Assembly: GCA_044226015.1 (NCBI GenBank) | Contig: JBGAHS010000006.1 | Coordinates: forward strand, 448,001 to 512,000 | DNA from: Candidatus Obscuribacteraceae bacterium | Lineage (GTDB): Bacteria > Cyanobacteriota > Vampirovibrionia > Obscuribacterales > Obscuribacteraceae | DNA length: 64,000 nucleotides | Direction: 5' to 3' | Part shown: in pieces, positions 39,533-51,478 of the stretch | How positions within the stretch are numbered: the stretch's first letter is position 1 | Layout of the letters: the number at the start of each line of letters is the position of its first letter | Made by a program: the position numbers and the translations under genes | The notes under the pieces: generated by a model | The model's database searches: none | What the model was told of the DNA's origin: nothing | The model's input: only the letters and a program-made list of their open reading frames with translations

Positions 39533-40003
39533 TTACTGCCCGTTTGCTTTCTCTAGCACAACAGCAGTGCCATAGCAGATTACCTCAGACTCGACATTGT
39601 CTCCGTGATTAAATGCGGAACTGTCATAGCGCAATCCAATCAAGGCATTGGCACCAAGAGCCCGGGCTCTTTGCACACACAATTCGAATGCTTGCTGCCG
39701 GGTGCGCTCACACATTGTCGTGTAAGCGCTTATTTTTCCGCCTGCAATTCTTTCAAGACCAGCACTGAGCCCCTGACCTATTGTCGGTTGCCTGACAATA
39801 ACGCCTCGGACCACACCTTTGTATTCCTTGATACGAAAACCATCGACGGTCTGCGTTGTAGTAATGACCATATCATTGGGATTGGCCATGCTAGCAATGT
39901 ACTGTTTTTCTTCAGCAGCTTCGTCCTCCGACTTAGCAAGCGACGGAGTACTGCAAAGAAAGAGAAGCGCGCAGCAAGTTAATACGAATCTGTGCATTTT
40001 CAT
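39533..40003 (-). CDS. YbjQ (UPF0145) family protein with a signal peptide
   Basis: 'ITTTQTVDGFRIKEYKGVVRG', 'GGKISAY', 'LGANALIGLRYD', 'EVICYGTAV'. Confidence 0.88.
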   Translation of the reverse strand: MKMHRFVLTCCALLFLCSTPSLAKSEDEAAEEKQYIASMANPNDMVITTTQTVDGFRIKEYKGVVRGVIVRQPTIGQGLSAGLERIAGGKISAYTTMCERTRQQAFELCVQRARALGANALIGLRYDSSAFNHGDNVESEVICYGTAVVLEKANGQ

Positions 40004-40137
40004 TCCTCGAAAAAAAATGATGTATGCACAAATTCTAACTGGCTCAGGCGAAAGCCAGAACAAGTCCAAGCTAAGACAAGACTAAAGGTAAGAACTTAAA
40101 AGTCCTTACCTATTTGCTTTTCAACCTGGTCTATAGA

Positions 40138-40434
40138 CTAGTTGTGGCGTGAAGGACGTCCACCACCACCGCCGCCTGGGCCTTTTGGCTTTGGTTGGGA
40201 CACGCTGACTGCGATTTGACGTCCTTCGACATCACGACCGTTCAGTGCTTTGATTGCAGCTTCGGCTTCTGCTTGGCTCGCCATTTCGACGAAAGCAAAA
40301 CCTCTCTTGCGTCCGGTCTCACGATCTGTGGGAATTGCGCAAGATACTACAGTTCCATATTGTCCAAACAATTGCTCTATTTCTGCCTCAGAGAGCTTAA
40401 AAGAGAGGTTACCAACGAAAAGCTTGTTATTCAT
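40138..40434 (-). CDS. RRM (RNP-1) RNA-binding protein with a Gly-rich tail
   Basis: RNP2 'LFVGNL'; RNP1 'RGFAFVEM'; 'DRETGR'. Confidence 0.95.
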   Translation of the reverse strand: MNNKLFVGNLSFKLSEAEIEQLFGQYGTVVSCAIPTDRETGRKRGFAFVEMASQAEAEAAIKALNGRDVEGRQIAVSVSQPKPKGPGGGGGGRPSRHN

Positions 40435-40597
40435 GTCCAAAAAATTACCGATTAAAAGTGTACCACCGGGCATTATCCCACAGAATCGAATATTATCGAC
40501 TGATCTTGTCCATCTTGTTGCATTTGTACGAAATCAAACTCAAAAAATGATATAAGGAATTGCTGGAAGCCTTGTTTCCACAATAGAAATCAGAACT

Positions 40598-41914
40598 ATG
40601 ACATTTCTGAACTTATTTGCAAAAAAGAGAACTGTTAATTCAAAATCCGTCGCAATTGTTGGGGCCGGAGTCGCGGGTTTATCAGCAGCTCGTGAGCTAA
40701 AACGTCTTGGCCACACTGTCAAAGTGTTTGAGGCTAGAGACAGGGCTGGCGGCCGGGTCTGGACAGATAACAAACTCGGAACGCCCGTAGACATGGGCGC
40801 AGCATGGATTCACGGAAACAGCGGCAACCCAGTCTTCAAACTATGTCGCCAGCACAAAATTCCCACGGCGAAAACAGATTACGCCGAAGCTACATTAATA
40901 GATGAATGCGGAAAGGAAGCGTCACCACTTGACAAAGTAGCGTTTGCTGCCCGTGCAAACCGATTACTTCCCCGTCTAAAAAGGCTAGCCAGAACTTTAG
41001 AGTCTGACATCACAGTAAAGGAAGCAGTGAGATTATTGGCAGAGAAGCAGTCACTTGGAAAGATGGAGTTGCCTTTTCTCAATCGACAGCTTATTGAACT
41101 TGAAGCCTATAATGGGGCAAGCCTTGAAGAACTTTCTCTCCACAACATTTTGATTGCCGCAGAACACAGACATGGTGACGACCTGCTTTTTCCAGGAGGT
41201 CAGGCTCAGTGGATCGACGTTCTTGCAAGAGACACTGACATAGTTTTCAACGCACCCGTAAAAGCAATTAAGCAAAACCCAAATGAAGTAGTAATTCAAA
41301 TGAATGATTCGGAATTTGTTGGAGACGCGGCAGTTGTAACTTTGCCTCTCGGAGTTTTAAAAGCCAAGCGAATTGAGTTTTATCCTGAGTTGAGTCAAGA
41401 AAAACAAAATGCAATTGAGCGCATCAAAATGGGCTCGTTCAATAAGATAGCGATGCGATTTGATGAGCCCTATTGGGGAACGACCTCCGATTTTATTGAA
41501 CTTATTCCAACAAATCATAATCAGACAATTCAACTACTCAGCCTATACCGATATACAAATGAAGCGATTATAGTTGTCTGTGTCGCTGCAAATACTTCCC
41601 GACAGTGGGAGAACTTATCAGACAAAGAGATCACCGAAAAGGCTCTCAAGTTTCTCAGGCAACTTTACGGCGAAACGGTAAAAGATCCGCTATTGGTTTC
41701 GATATCCCGTTGGGGAAAAGATGAATACAGCCTGGGCGCATATTCAATTCTAAACCCCGAAGCGAAACATACAGACTTCGAATCTCTTTCAAAATCTGAA
41801 GGCAGATTTTTCTTTGCTGGCGAAGCGACATGCTTTGAATATCAGGGCACCATACATGGTGCTTATAATTCTGGGATTCGTGCAGCAAAAGAACTGCATC
41901 ATCATTTCAGCTAG
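40598..41914 (+). CDS. Flavin-containing amine oxidase family protein
   Basis: 'IVGAGVAGLSAA', 'EARDRAGGR', 'DMGAAWIHG', 'TLPLGVLK', 'FFAGEAT', 'HGAYNSG'. Confidence 0.92.
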   Translation: MTFLNLFAKKRTVNSKSVAIVGAGVAGLSAARELKRLGHTVKVFEARDRAGGRVWTDNKLGTPVDMGAAWIHGNSGNPVFKLCRQHKIPTAKTDYAEATLIDECGKEASPLDKVAFAARANRLLPRLKRLARTLESDITVKEAVRLLAEKQSLGKMELPFLNRQLIELEAYNGASLEELSLHNILIAAEHRHGDDLLFPGGQAQWIDVLARDTDIVFNAPVKAIKQNPNEVVIQMNDSEFVGDAAVVTLPLGVLKAKRIEFYPELSQEKQNAIERIKMGSFNKIAMRFDEPYWGTTSDFIELIPTNHNQTIQLLSLYRYTNEAIIVVCVAANTSRQWENLSDKEITEKALKFLRQLYGETVKDPLLVSISRWGKDEYSLGAYSILNPEAKHTDFESLSKSEGRFFFAGEATCFEYQGTIHGAYNSGIRAAKELHHHFS

Positions 41915-42396
41915 TCGGAAAATCGACTGAGTTTCAAGATGACTCCGGTCTTGGAGCAGACTGAGCAAACTCGGTTCAAACCAGAGAGATTAGCTAGCTA
42001 AGCCGTGACAGAGGCGGTAACTCCACGTCAGACGGAGACAAAGAAATCCAAACGAGGTGATGTCAAGAACAAATATTAAGATACAAATTTTGTCTTATCA
42101 GGCAAATGGCGGACGATAAAGGACTGAAGAAGGAGACAAGTAAAGGGATTGCCAGCCTTAAATTTTTGATCTTTTTATCTAATTTCGGGAACACAAATAA
42201 ATGACCAAGGTCATAGGATCAATATGACTTGCAGTCGTGGTAAGGATTCTAGGATACGGGTAGAATATTAAGGTAGGTCTGGTTCGAAATTTTTCCTATT
42301 TTTCGAATTTGCTTAGTAAAAACCCTAATGCATAAAGACCAACATCAGGTTATGTTTATATATAGGAAGTTCCGCTGAACCGGAGGACTAAAAGAA

Positions 42397-42612
42397 ATGA
42401 AGAAGTTGTTAACCACAGGACTAGTAGCTGGAGCTTTCGCCGCCACTATTACTGGGGCAATCGCAGGACCAATATTTATGGGTCCAATATCTGCACCTAT
42501 GGTGCCGAAAGTTATGTCGGTGCCAGTAAATGCAGCTCCGATTCAAACAAAGTTGCTGAATACTTATCGTCAAATTCGTTCGTTCTGGGTTTCCAGAGCG
42601 ATCGTCAGATAG
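42397..42612 (+). CDS. Small (71 aa) protein with a signal-like N-terminus
   Basis: GGAGG RBS upstream, MKK plus hydrophobic stretch, intrinsic terminator directly after. Confidence 0.7.
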   Translation: MKKLLTTGLVAGAFAATITGAIAGPIFMGPISAPMVPKVMSVPVNAAPIQTKLLNTYRQIRSFWVSRAIVR

Positions 42613-42634
42613 TTTCAGAGTTCAAAAGCTCATT

Positions 42635-42664
42635 AGAGGTAGACCTTCGGGCCTGCCTCTTTTT
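42635..42664 (+). terminator. Intrinsic terminator
   Basis: AGAGGTAGACC-TTCG-GGCCTGCCTCT followed by a T run. Confidence 0.8.
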
Positions 42665-42800
42665 GTTGGACATAAGTGTCAAGACTTAGTGTAGTTTTCG
42701 TGTGCGGCGGCAAGGCTCAGATTTTCTTGGAACTCAAACGGTACCGGTGCAGTTTTCGCCAAGAGCGTAGATTTTTCCTAGAACTAGACCCAGGGGAAGG

Positions 42801-44329
42801 CTAGTTACCTGGACTCTGACTCTCAATCTCATGGTCAAAATGGAAGAGTACTGCCACGCTTTCGCCAGACTCAGGCGGCAGATGCTGAAACGGAGCCGCA
42901 GCTTTGATGGCAGCAATGCTTGATTGATTTCTAGCATCGGATGCAGATGCTCGCACCAGCGTGATACTGTCTACGGTGCCATCCCTATGTAACTTAAAAG
43001 ACACCGTGACATGGTCCTCTTGAAGGTCTGAAGGTGGGTGCCAGTTGTGGCGAATCTTCCTGCGCAGTTGCCTCATATAATCAGCCAAATCGACGGAGTT
43101 CTCTCTGTCATTAAATGTGTACTCTATTTCCCCAATTCCTGCAGGGCAGTCAGGGAAAGGGGCTACCCGCCGCACCACATTCAGTGCCTGTTCATCAATA
43201 GTTGTATCCCCTGACGAAGTCTTGATTCTCAACTCAGAAATGTCGCCATGTTTACTGAGCGTAAAAGCAACAGTCGGAAACTTCGCAATGGCGATATGGC
43301 TCAGCTGCCATTCCCTGGCGAGCTGTCTTTTGGCGTTATCGACATAGTCCGCGACATAGAATTCATTCGACTTGGTCCCGAAGCTAGACGCCTCATCTTT
43401 GACAGAAGTCTGCTTGCTGTCAGGATTCACCAAATTCAGAGCATGCTGCTCTACCGGAATAGTAGAGTATTGCTGGCTTGGGAATTCACCTTGCGATGCA
43501 GTAGGGGATTGTGTTGAAGTGGACGAAGACGACGCAGCAACATTAATATCGCTAGAGCCGGGCAACTCCGATTTTAATTTCCCCAATAATATAGAAATTG
43601 ATGTGCACGTATCGAGTGGTGCATTTGCATTTCCGTTTTCTATTAGGTCTGCACACTTTTGATACGAGTCGAGCGCTTCAGCTTTGTTACCGATGAGGTA
43701 GGCAGAGCTTCCAAGGCTCAAGAGATTATTGAATTTCGGAGTGATTCCAACAAGGTCACGAGAAATGGAATAAATCAACTTTCTATTTGCATCATTTGTT
43801 GGATCCAAAAATAGCGCGCGACGAGCTTCGACCCAAGCATTTAATAACCTCTGCATTCCTTTGGTTCCACGCCCACTCTCCTTTGCTTTCATTGCATACT
43901 CGTAAAGGATGCTGGCAAGCATCTGGTGGCATTTTGCAGCGTCGGGCTGATCAGACGACCGCCATTTGCTCAATTCCACTGCTATTCGCAGTTCTCTAAA
44001 ACCCTCTACTACCTGGCGCTGCTCCAGAAATTTTTGCCCAGTAATAGCATGCTCTTGGCTGTAAACTGCCGAGCCCCTAAATTGACTCAAATCAAGATCA
44101 GAGAGTCCGGCTACTCCTTCGAGCACCACTGGTACATCGACATCAGAAGGAAAGGGCGGTAAATCGCGAGGAACCGGTACAGGCGAGACAGTAATGGGTC
44201 TAATTGTAAGATCACTAGCATCAGGTTCAGTCACTTGCTGGGGCTGACTTAGCGCAAATGATGACATTGAAATAGAACTCGCAATTGCCAAAACAAGGGC
44301 AAAGGACCGACGGTTCTTTTTGATTTGCA

Positions 44330-44330
<1 letters not shown>
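42801..44330 (-). CDS. Exported protein with a TPR-like region and two TonB/TolA C-terminal domains
   Basis: 'VAFTLSKHG...TSSGDTTIDEQALNVVRRVAPF' and 'YMRQLRRKIRHNWHPP...VSFKLHRDG...AAAPF'. Confidence 0.8.
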
Positions 44331-46947
<2,617 letters not shown>

Positions 46948-47465
46948 AACATAATTCCATCTGGTTTAAGTATTTTACCCAGCTTTAGAATTAAACCCTC
47001 CAACTTGAGAACCGTATCAAGTAGGAGTTTTGCGGGAACGAACCAGTGCATCAGCACTATATCCGGTATCACTATTTTCTCGCGCTAGAAAAGTGTACCA
47101 ATTAACCGCTGTTGATCTCTCAAATGGCTCGATTTCTGTTAGCGAACTCGATTCCTATTGCCAAAATGGAATATCTGGTTCATTCGACGGACCCCGTGAC
47201 CTCCCCTCAGAAATTCGCGTCTATTGGACAGAATCTAATCGACTGCATGGAAACATTCCTGCGGCATAAATTCTTGTCTTCCACCCTCTTGAAATCAATA
47301 AAGCATATAAACAACGCGTAGCCAATGGAAATTCAAGATTGCAGGAATGTCAGAGTTCAAGAAAACAAAGCGAAAAAGGGATCAAATTCTCCGCAATACG
47401 GATAAAATACTAGTTTGCGTTTCTTCCACGCGCCACATTCGTCCGAGACATCTCGGTGGACAATC

Positions 47466-48596
47466 GTGATCAAATTCGTTCATACCGCTGACTGGCAGAT
47501 TGGCAAACCGTTCGGTAACATCGACGGCGACCAGGCGGCTTTTCTGCGAAAACAGCGAATTGAGACTGTAGGCAAAATTGGTGCAATCGCCGAGCAAGAA
47601 AAGGCTGACTTTATTCTCGTTGCTGGAGATGTTTTCGATAGCAATTTGCCTGAATCCAAAAGCGTTCTGCAAACCTTCAAAGTGATGGCTGAGTCATTTG
47701 GCGGGAAATGGTTTTTGCTTCCCGGAAACCATGATGCAGCTGAAACACAAAGTGTATGGACACGCATCAAGAAAGATTTTTCCTCAGATAATATTTCTAT
47801 ATTGGACGAACCTAAAGCTAGAAGAATTCCTGAACTCGGAACCGTCATTTTGCCAGCTCCGTTAAAGCGCCGGCATGAATCAAGCGACTTGACCGAATGG
47901 TGGGACAGTTATGAATCAAGCCATGATGACATTCGCATAGGACTTGCTCATGGTTCGCTTGACGCACTTTCTCAATATCGGGGCGAAGCACCAAATACGA
48001 TAGCACTCTCACGAATTCAGTCAGCCAAAATAGATTACCTGGCGCTGGGTGACTGGCACGGCACGATAAGTGCCTCAAAGCGTGCATACTATTCCGGCAC
48101 TCCCGAGCCAGATAGATTCAAGGCAAATGAATCTGGCAATATAATCATTGCAGAAATAGAAGCTCCAGGAAAAGAGCCTGTTGTTCAGATTAGAAGCACT
48201 AAGCACTACCTCTGGCAATTGTTGGACAATTCGATTTTCAGGGCAGCAGATATTCTCTCCATTCGACAGCAACTGCAAGAGCTAAATCATCCGTTGGATA
48301 GAATTGCACTCCGCATGAGCCTGAAAGGCTCATTGAGTTTTGAAGAACGAGCCTTGCTAGATAAAGAAATAGAGCAACTGAACTCCGAGCTGTTTTATGT
48401 GGAGTCAGATCTGAGCGGATTGCTTGCAGAGCCTAGCAATGAGGATCTTGACGAAATTGAGCAATCGGGATTCGTGCGCACCGCCGTAGACAAACTCATG
48501 GCAATGATGCGAGACACAAACAACCCAGACGCAGAAAAAGCTAGACTTGCATTACACATTCTCTACGTTGAGAACAAGGAAATCAGCCAATGTTGA
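47466..48596 (+). CDS. SbcD/Mre11-like (YhaO-type) metallophosphoesterase nuclease
   Basis: 'HTADWQIG', 'AGDVFD', 'PGNHD', 'AHGS', 'YLALGDWHG', 'YSGTPEPDRF'; GTG start at 47466. Confidence 0.92.
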   Translation: MIKFVHTADWQIGKPFGNIDGDQAAFLRKQRIETVGKIGAIAEQEKADFILVAGDVFDSNLPESKSVLQTFKVMAESFGGKWFLLPGNHDAAETQSVWTRIKKDFSSDNISILDEPKARRIPELGTVILPAPLKRRHESSDLTEWWDSYESSHDDIRIGLAHGSLDALSQYRGEAPNTIALSRIQSAKIDYLALGDWHGTISASKRAYYSGTPEPDRFKANESGNIIIAEIEAPGKEPVVQIRSTKHYLWQLLDNSIFRAADILSIRQQLQELNHPLDRIALRMSLKGSLSFEERALLDKEIEQLNSELFYVESDLSGLLAEPSNEDLDEIEQSGFVRTAVDKLMAMMRDTNNPDAEKARLALHILYVENKEISQC

Positions 48597-51253
48597 TACG
48601 TAGAATAGAGATTCGCAATTTCAAAAAGCTCTTAGGACCACTAATTTTTGATGGTCTGAAAGAAGGACTGAACATAATTGCTGGAGACAACGAAGAGGGT
48701 AAGTCGACGCTTTTGCAGGCAATTAAAGCCGGCATTTTTCAAAAGCACAACTCCAAAGGTCAGAATATAAATGACTTCAAGCCATTCAGAAGAGCCGTGC
48801 GTCCGGAAGTCACTATTGAACTGGAGTACAAGCAAAAACAATATTCCATTCGCAAAGGATTTTGCCTCAAGGCAAACGCAGAATTCAGATCTCCTGAAGG
48901 AATTGTCGAAGGATCTGAAGCTGAAGAAAAAATCCGAGAACTGTTTGGACTTCATTTAACAGACAAAGGAAAAAAATCAGAGCAAGACCATGGTATTTGG
49001 GGACTTCTCTGGCTTGAGCAGGGACTTGCCGGAACGGGGCTAAACACTACCGATGGTGGCAAAGAAACATTGATGAGAGCACTTGAAAGTGATCTCAGTC
49101 ATATAACAGGCGGTCAAAAGGGCAGAATTCTTCAAAAACGCATCGAAAAGTTATATCAGAACTTTTACACTCCGAAGAGCAAAACAGAAAAGGGCGAACT
49201 CACCAAGGCTGTCGACCACCTTGAACTTAAGCAAGCAGAGCTAGACCAGCACAAAGCTACCTATGCGGAGTACGACAAGAAGCTTTTAAAGTTACAAGAT
49301 GTTCTTGACCAGCTTCAGCAATTGGAAAAGAATAAGACACTTGAAACGACACAGAAAGAGTATGAGAACTTAGGGCTGCAGCGATCACAAGCTGAAAAAT
49401 TGAAGCTTGAACTCAATGCAGCGATTGCCGAAAATTCCTCAGCTAGCATGGAGCTTGAGAGGCTGGAAAAGGAAATCGACAATCGAAACAAACTGATTCA
49501 ACGGCGCTCAGATACTGCAACAAAAATCGCAACTCTCTCCGACGAATTGGCAATTCAGAAAACTCAGGACAAGGAATTATCTGCAAAAACAGATGAGTTA
49601 GACATCGCGATAAAAGCTCTGCAAGAAGAAAAACAAAAGTTAGATCTACTCTGCAAAACAGCAGAAAGAGTAAACGAATGCACAAGCCTGGAACAGCAGA
49701 AGGAAGAACTTGCGACAAGAATAGCTTACCTGACAGACTTGGCTAAACAATACAATGACGCCAATAAGCTAGGAAAGGAAATTGCCGTTGATGCCACTGC
49801 ATTGGAAAAGCTAAAGACGCTAAGCAACACGCTTGTGAAGGCAGAAGCACATGCTGCAGCCATTGCTACAAAAGTAAAACTAATGCCCCAAGCCGGTGCC
49901 GAAGCCTCAATCGCAGACAAAAAGTTCGGAAAGGAAGATCTGATTCTCACCGAAGAAACAAGCATCAGACTAGAAAACTGGGGCGAAATAACAGTCATTC
50001 CTGGTGGCAAAGAAACTGCGGAAATCAATAAATTACTTTTGAATGCCAGACAGTCTTTAGAAGCCGAATTAAAATCCCTCGGTGTCAGCAGTTTTTCTGA
50101 AGCTGAACAACAATCGAACAAGAAACGTGAGCTTGAATTGAAGAAGAGCTCAATCATGAGCACACTACAGCAATATGGTGGGCGAAATGCTATTGAACTT
50201 CAGAAAGAGAAGTTAAAAGAAATCGAGAACAAGATTGAGACGCTTAAGCAAGAACTTAATAACGCACCTATACTTGAATCAGGAAGTTCATTGCTTGACC
50301 TCAAAGTAGAGTTCGATAATGTAAATAAGACTCTCCAGAGTAGCCTCAAGTCCTTCGATAAGCTTAGGGAGGACTGCGTCAATTCAACCAAGTTATGCAC
50401 AAAGAAGGAAGCCGAACTTAATTCCGCACAAGACATGCTGCGGGAGCTTGAACAAAGGCTCACAGAGTTCAATCAAGAAACTGAAATTATCATGCAGCAG
50501 CGACTAAAAGACTCAAAGATGAAGGCACTTGAGCTACACACTAAGGTGCAACAAAAGCGGGACGATTTCAGCAAACTCGACGAAGAAAACCTCAAGGAAA
50601 AGGAAGAGCAACTGAAGCGTTCTCTCAAGACGCTTGAGTTAAATATTCAAAATCTAAGAGAGACAAAAATCAAATTATCAGCGGAAATTGACGCGCATGG
50701 TCACAGTGGACTTGGCGAACAAGTTCAACGGCTTGAAGGCGAAGTTGAAGTAGCCAATCAGCGATTGAGCCAGCTAAGGTTGCGTGCACAGGCGCTAAAA
50801 CTGCTACACGAGACTCTTTTGGAAGCGGAGTCAGAAAGCCGATCAAAGATTTTGCAGCCTGTAATAAATATGATGCGTCCGCACATGCAGCAAATCTTCC
50901 CTTCAAGTGAATTGAGTCTGGACGAAGGAAACTTCGAGATTGCCCATCTGGTTCGAGATGGAGTGGAGGAAGACTTTCGCTCACTTAGCCTTGGCACAAG
51001 AGAGCAGCTGTCCATCTTAACGAGAATAGCCATGGCAAAGCTCATGAAGGAACAGGGACAAGCTGCACTTCTGTTGCTTGACGATGTCCTGGTTTATTCA
51101 GATGATAAGCGATTTTCGCTGATGAAGCAGATTATTCAGGAGTCAGCAAAAGACCTTCAGATAATTATCTTGACCTGCAGGCTCCGCGATTACGAAGACA
51201 TGGTCGAAGCTAACGTCATCCGCTTTCCCAGAGCACAAGTAGCCTCTCTCTAA
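48590..51253 (+). CDS. SbcC/Rad50-like (YhaN-type) coiled-coil ATPase
   Basis: Walker A 'GDNEEGKST', long coiled coil, signature 'LSLGTREQL', 'LLLDDVLVYSD'; overlaps the nuclease gene. Confidence 0.9.
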   Translation: MLIRRIEIRNFKKLLGPLIFDGLKEGLNIIAGDNEEGKSTLLQAIKAGIFQKHNSKGQNINDFKPFRRAVRPEVTIELEYKQKQYSIRKGFCLKANAEFRSPEGIVEGSEAEEKIRELFGLHLTDKGKKSEQDHGIWGLLWLEQGLAGTGLNTTDGGKETLMRALESDLSHITGGQKGRILQKRIEKLYQNFYTPKSKTEKGELTKAVDHLELKQAELDQHKATYAEYDKKLLKLQDVLDQLQQLEKNKTLETTQKEYENLGLQRSQAEKLKLELNAAIAENSSASMELERLEKEIDNRNKLIQRRSDTATKIATLSDELAIQKTQDKELSAKTDELDIAIKALQEEKQKLDLLCKTAERVNECTSLEQQKEELATRIAYLTDLAKQYNDANKLGKEIAVDATALEKLKTLSNTLVKAEAHAAAIATKVKLMPQAGAEASIADKKFGKEDLILTEETSIRLENWGEITVIPGGKETAEINKLLLNARQSLEAELKSLGVSSFSEAEQQSNKKRELELKKSSIMSTLQQYGGRNAIELQKEKLKEIENKIETLKQELNNAPILESGSSLLDLKVEFDNVNKTLQSSLKSFDKLREDCVNSTKLCTKKEAELNSAQDMLRELEQRLTEFNQETEIIMQQRLKDSKMKALELHTKVQQKRDDFSKLDEENLKEKEEQLKRSLKTLELNIQNLRETKIKLSAEIDAHGHSGLGEQVQRLEGEVEVANQRLSQLRLRAQALKLLHETLLEAESESRSKILQPVINMMRPHMQQIFPSSELSLDEGNFEIAHLVRDGVEEDFRSLSLGTREQLSILTRIAMAKLMKEQGQAALLLLDDVLVYSDDKRFSLMKQIIQESAKDLQIIILTCRLRDYEDMVEANVIRFPRAQVASL

Positions 51254-51478
51254 GCACAGTCCTGGGCTGGCTCTTGCTTTCAAGGCAGCGTAGCCTCACA
51301 ACAGCACTTGGGACCACGTCACTAACAACGGCGGATTTCAAGTTGCAGCCGTCTGTTTCATGCTTATACACAGTTCAGCCCTGAGCAAAATATTTCGAGT
51401 TCCCCTTGTGAGATACTACAAGTTGCCCTGCCCATGGACGAGCAGAGCGCGCCGCTGTCAAGATATAGGTATTTTCCG

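Noticed and set aside
42098..42160. c-di-GMP-I riboswitch-like words (GGCAAA...GGACG..AAAG...GGGATTGCC)
   Set aside because: The GNRA-capped P2 hairpin and the P3 receptor stem are missing.
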